Source of the DNA: Clostridia bacterium
GTDB lineage: Bacteria; Bacillota; Clostridia; Oscillospirales; CAG-272
Assembly: GCA_017463405.1 (NCBI GenBank)
Contig: JAFTPJ010000003.1
Span: 56,103 to 120,102 of the forward strand
Direction: 5' to 3'
Length of the DNA stretch: 64,000 nt
The position numbers and the translations under genes are program-made. The notes below the pieces were generated by a model, which was not told the origin of the DNA, did no database searches, and saw only the letters and a list, made by a program, of their open reading frames with translations. Shown piece after piece: positions 60,907-64,000 of the stretch (the stretch's first letter is position 1; each line of letters opens with the position of its first letter).

Positions 60907-61581
60907 ATGAAATATTTAATTGATACGGCGAACGTTGAGGAAATCCGTCACTGCAACGAGTTTTACCCGCTCGCCGGCGTTACCACAAATCCCACCTTGA
61001 TTGCAAAGGAAAAATCCGACTTCTGGGCATTGCTTACGGCAATCCGCAGCATCATCGGTCCCGAAAAGGCGTTGCACGTACAGACGGTGCAGACCACCGC
61101 GGACAAGATGGTGGAGGAGGCGCTTCTGCTCAAGCAACGCCTCGGCGGTGAGTTTTACGTTAAGATTCCGATCGGTGAGGAGAGCCTGAAGGCGACGATG
61201 ATGATCAAGAAATTGGGCATCGGCGTCACAATGACGGCGATTTTCAATGCTGCACAGGCGCTGATCGCGGCAAAGGCGGGCGCAGATTTCGTAGCGCCTT
61301 ACGTCAACCGTCTGGACAATATCCTCGGTGACGGCGCGCAGGAGGTTGGAGAGATCGTCAAGCTGTTTGCGACGCATCGGCTGGACTGCAAGGTGTTGGC
61401 GGCAAGCTTCAAGAACTGCGAGCAGATCCACAAATGCGCACTGGCGGGTTGTCAGACCGTCACGATTTCGGCGGATTTGTTCCATACCGCGATCTCGCAT
61501 CCGATGACCGACGTGGCGATCAATACCTTTGATAAGGACTGGGAAGCTCTGTACGGAAACAAGACCATTCTGGACTTCTGA
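60907..61581 (+). CDS. Fructose-6-phosphate aldolase / TalC-type small transaldolase
   Basis: 224 aa. MKYLIDTANVEEI...GVTTNPTL...YVKIP...FVAPYVNR are present. The ~220-aa length is typical of the Fsa/TalC subfamily. Confidence 0.8.
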   Translation: MKYLIDTANVEEIRHCNEFYPLAGVTTNPTLIAKEKSDFWALLTAIRSIIGPEKALHVQTVQTTADKMVEEALLLKQRLGGEFYVKIPIGEESLKATMMIKKLGIGVTMTAIFNAAQALIAAKAGADFVAPYVNRLDNILGDGAQEVGEIVKLFATHRLDCKVLAASFKNCEQIHKCALAGCQTVTISADLFHTAISHPMTDVAINTFDKDWEALYGNKTILDF

Positions 61582-61612
61582 TCCGTACGGTATAAAGGAA
61601 GAAGGAACAGAT

Positions 61613-62311
61613 ATGTTAAAAAATTTTCAGATCAAACCGCCGTTTTTTGAAATCGGTCCCAAAGCGTATCTTTACGGCGAGGGTATGCTGAAGCTGGCAA
61701 AGGTGATCGATCGCGTCGCCATGAAATACGACGTTGATGTCATCGTCACGCCTCAGTATACCGATATCAGTCTTCTGGCGCAAAACACCGAGCGCATTCT
61801 GGTGTTCGCCCAGCACATGGACTATCTGCCTGTGGGCAGAGGCCTCGGCTCTGTGCTTCCCGAGGCGGTCAAGGCGGCGGGGGCAGTCGGCGTTATGCTG
61901 AACCATGCCGAGAAGAAGTTGACGCTCGAGGAGGTCGAAAAGACGATCGCGCGTGCCGATGAGGTCGGACTTGCCACCATCGTTTGCGCCGACACAGTCG
62001 AGGAGCTGGTCGCCATCGCCAAGCTTTCTCCGAATCTGCTTGTGGCAGAACCCACCGAACTGATCGGAACGGGTAAGACGAGCGATTCCAACTACGTTAT
62101 CGAGACCATTGAAAGAGTGCGTGCCATCAATCCCGATATTATGGTACTGCAGGGCGCGGGCATCTCCAACGGTCAGGACGTTTACAACACCATTAAGCTG
62201 GGCGCGCAGGCAACGGGCAGCACCAGCGGTATCATCAAGGCGGCGGATCCGTATGCCATGGTCGAGGAGATGCTCTATTCTCTCCGCAAGGCATGGGATG
62301 AGCTTCACTAA
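61613..62311 (+). CDS. Triosephosphate isomerase, archaeal-type short form
   Basis: ORF track 61529..62311. I trimmed the start to ATG 61613 (MLKNFQIKPPFFEIG). VMLNHAEKK (catalytic His), VAEPTELIGTG (catalytic Glu) and LQGAGISNG are present. Confidence 0.7.
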   Translation: MLKNFQIKPPFFEIGPKAYLYGEGMLKLAKVIDRVAMKYDVDVIVTPQYTDISLLAQNTERILVFAQHMDYLPVGRGLGSVLPEAVKAAGAVGVMLNHAEKKLTLEEVEKTIARADEVGLATIVCADTVEELVAIAKLSPNLLVAEPTELIGTGKTSDSNYVIETIERVRAINPDIMVLQGAGISNGQDVYNTIKLGAQATGSTSGIIKAADPYAMVEEMLYSLRKAWDELH

Positions 62312-62335
62312 TTCAAATAACAGGAGTATACAATT

Positions 62336-62956
62336 ATGGAATTTAAGGTTTTTCAAAAGGAGTTGGAGCTTCAGTCCAGAGGCTGGATCCCCACCTTCCA
62401 CGACGTATCCAAAGAGATTATTGAGATCGTAGAGGCATCGGGTGTCAAGAACGGTACCGTGACCATCGCATCTCACCACACCACCTGCTCGGTCATGATT
62501 CAGGAGTGCTCGCATGACATCGACAGCTTTGATTTGGAGTATCTCCAGCACGATCTGCTCGACATCATGAGAAAGATGATCCCCGACTTTGCGGAGGAGC
62601 ATCAGTACCGTCATCCCGGTCCGATTCATTCGCAGTTCGGCAGATACGTCAACGAGCCCGGTGACTATACCAGCATGAACACCGACGGACATCTGCGCAG
62701 TGTGTTCTTCGGCAGAAGCGAGACCATGACCATCAAGGACGGTGTTCTTGACGGTGGTGAGTTTGCACACGTTTACTTTATCGACTGGGATCACGTCCGC
62801 GCACGTCACAGACAGCTTAACGTCACCGTCATGGGTACGACCGAGGACGTCGGTGACAGAAAGTGGAACAACGGCGAGACCATCAACACGCTTCGTAAGT
62901 ACACCGACGAGGAAAAGGCATTCGACGTTCATTACACGCTTCAGCAGAAGCGCTGA
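62336..62956 (+). CDS. YjbQ/UPF0047-family protein with C-terminal extension
   Basis: 206 aa. TFHDVSKEIIEIVEASGVKNGTVTIASHHTTCSVMIQE...DGHLRSVFFGRSETMTIKDGVLDGGEFAHVYFIDWD is the YjbQ core. About 50 extra C-terminal residues follow. Confidence 0.6.
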   Translation: MEFKVFQKELELQSRGWIPTFHDVSKEIIEIVEASGVKNGTVTIASHHTTCSVMIQECSHDIDSFDLEYLQHDLLDIMRKMIPDFAEEHQYRHPGPIHSQFGRYVNEPGDYTSMNTDGHLRSVFFGRSETMTIKDGVLDGGEFAHVYFIDWDHVRARHRQLNVTVMGTTEDVGDRKWNNGETINTLRKYTDEEKAFDVHYTLQQKR

Positions 62957-63042
62957 TCGAAGATCATCCCGAAGGGTGCCGCAATCGGTTGCGGTACCCT
63001 TCCGTTTTTTGAAAATTAACACCCAAAAAGGAATATAGATTT

Positions 63043-64000
63043 ATGAAATATTTATTGGGCATTGACGTGGGGACGACGTCCCTGAAGGCGGCGGTGTTTG
63101 ACGAGAACGCCGTTTGTGTAAAAACGATTACAAAGGATTATACGCTTGAGGTAGCGGGGGATATCGTTGAATTTCCCGCGGATAACTATTGGAAGCTGGT
63201 CGAGGAGGTGCTGGACGAGGTTGCCTCCGAGCATGAGATATATGCGCTCAGCATTGATACGCAATGCGAGACACTGATCGTGACCGACGAGGCAGGAGTA
63301 CCGCTTCGCAAAACGATCGTATGGCTGGACAACCGCGCGGCGCGCGAGGCGGACGAGCTTCGCGCGAAATTCGGTGAGAAGCGCGTGTACGAGATCACAG
63401 GTCAGCCTGAAATTACCGCGACGTGGCCCGCGGCAAAGCTTTTGTGGATGAAGAAGAATGAGCCGGATACCTTCGGGAAGATCAAAAAGGTCTTTTTGCT
63501 GGAGGATTATCTGCTTTACAAGCTGACTGGCAGGTTTGTGACCGAGGAGACGTTGCAGTCCTCCACCATCTATTACGATATCCATAAGCACGCATGGTGG
63601 GGCGAGATGCTGGACTACATTGGCATCGAAGTCGAGAAATTCCCCGAGATCCGTCGTAGTGGCGAGATCATCGGTGAGTATAAGGGAATCAAGATTGTCA
63701 CGGGCGCCATCGACCAGATCGCGGGTGCGATCGGCGCGGGTGTTGTGAAGAAGGGCGTGATCAGCGAGATGACGGGAACGACGATGGTGATTTTTGCGCC
63801 GTCCGATACCGTGCCCGCATATAATCCCGACAGCAAGGTGCCGTGTCATCTGAACTACGACGGAAAATATTGCCTTTTGATGTGGACGCCTACGGCGGGC
63901 ATCGCACTCAAATGGTTTAAAAATCAGTTCTGTGAAAGCTTCAGCTTCCGCGAGCTGGACGAGCTTGCCGCGGCAGTTCCCGCAGGCTCGGCGGGATTGA
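63043..64000 (+). CDS. FGGY-family carbohydrate kinase (xylulokinase/glycerol-kinase-like), 3' end outside the window
   Basis: My own translation from ATG 63043: MKYLLGIDVGTTSLKAAVFDE...IVWLDNRA...GAIDQIAGAIGAG...EMTGTT.... It is absent from the ORF track because it is open-ended. Confidence 0.8.
   Translation, partial: MKYLLGIDVGTTSLKAAVFDENAVCVKTITKDYTLEVAGDIVEFPADNYWKLVEEVLDEVASEHEIYALSIDTQCETLIVTDEAGVPLRKTIVWLDNRAAREADELRAKFGEKRVYEITGQPEITATWPAAKLLWMKKNEPDTFGKIKKVFLLEDYLLYKLTGRFVTEETLQSSTIYYDIHKHAWWGEMLDYIGIEVEKFPEIRRSGEIIGEYKGIKIVTGAIDQIAGAIGAGVVKKGVISEMTGTTMVIFAPSDTVPAYNPDSKVPCHLNYDGKYCLLMWTPTAGIALKWFKNQFCESFSFRELDELAAAVPAGSAGL

Overview
This window looks like a chromosomal accessory region of a spore-forming, Clostridia-type Firmicute. 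Supporting signs are spoIVB, AAGGAGG-type RBSs, several near-consensus TTGACA-17-TATAAT promoters and mostly TAA stops. I count about 50 protein genes and recognised no rRNA, tRNA, CRISPR array, transposase or integrase.

Content by block:
(i) Host-glycan and amino-sugar modules. Almost all encoded enzymes lack signal peptides, and seven AraC-family regulators (one decayed) sit among them. The modules are a BNR/sialidase-like fragment plus NanA-like lyase; a GH20-like / alkaline-phosphatase-family / Gfo-Idh-MocA operon; a DMT permease + GH42-like + GH20 operon; an FAD-oxidoreductase + SDR pair; a GH2; and an amber-interrupted 671-codon reading frame.
(ii) A 2438-aa extremely acidic secreted protein with tandem ~80-aa modules, a C-terminal two-helix membrane anchor and a polyacidic tail.
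(iii) A ~10.7 kb lower-GC island (about 36.9-47.6 kb) with two divergent, short glycyl-radical enzymes (GREs). Each has its own activase and AraC regulator. The first is co-operonic with an M20 peptidase and a CapA-like metallophosphoesterase, and this is my best candidate for an undescribed system. The second cassette is bracketed by a ~180-230 bp direct repeat made of a terminator hairpin plus the 3' end of spoIVB.
(iv) MarR plus a two-gene ABC exporter.
(v) A BtuF/FecCDE-type importer co-transcribed with a HAD::sulfite-reductase-like fusion.
(vi) An amino-sugar operon: NagA-like, CBM9-like, NagB-like, Fsa/TalC aldolase, archaeal-type TIM, YjbQ-like and an FGGY kinase that runs off the window.

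Other observations: four in-frame stop codons in otherwise intact frames, several decayed gene remnants, and a six-member family of sequence-related bidirectional terminator hairpins.

All family calls come from motif reading by eye. No database search was run.
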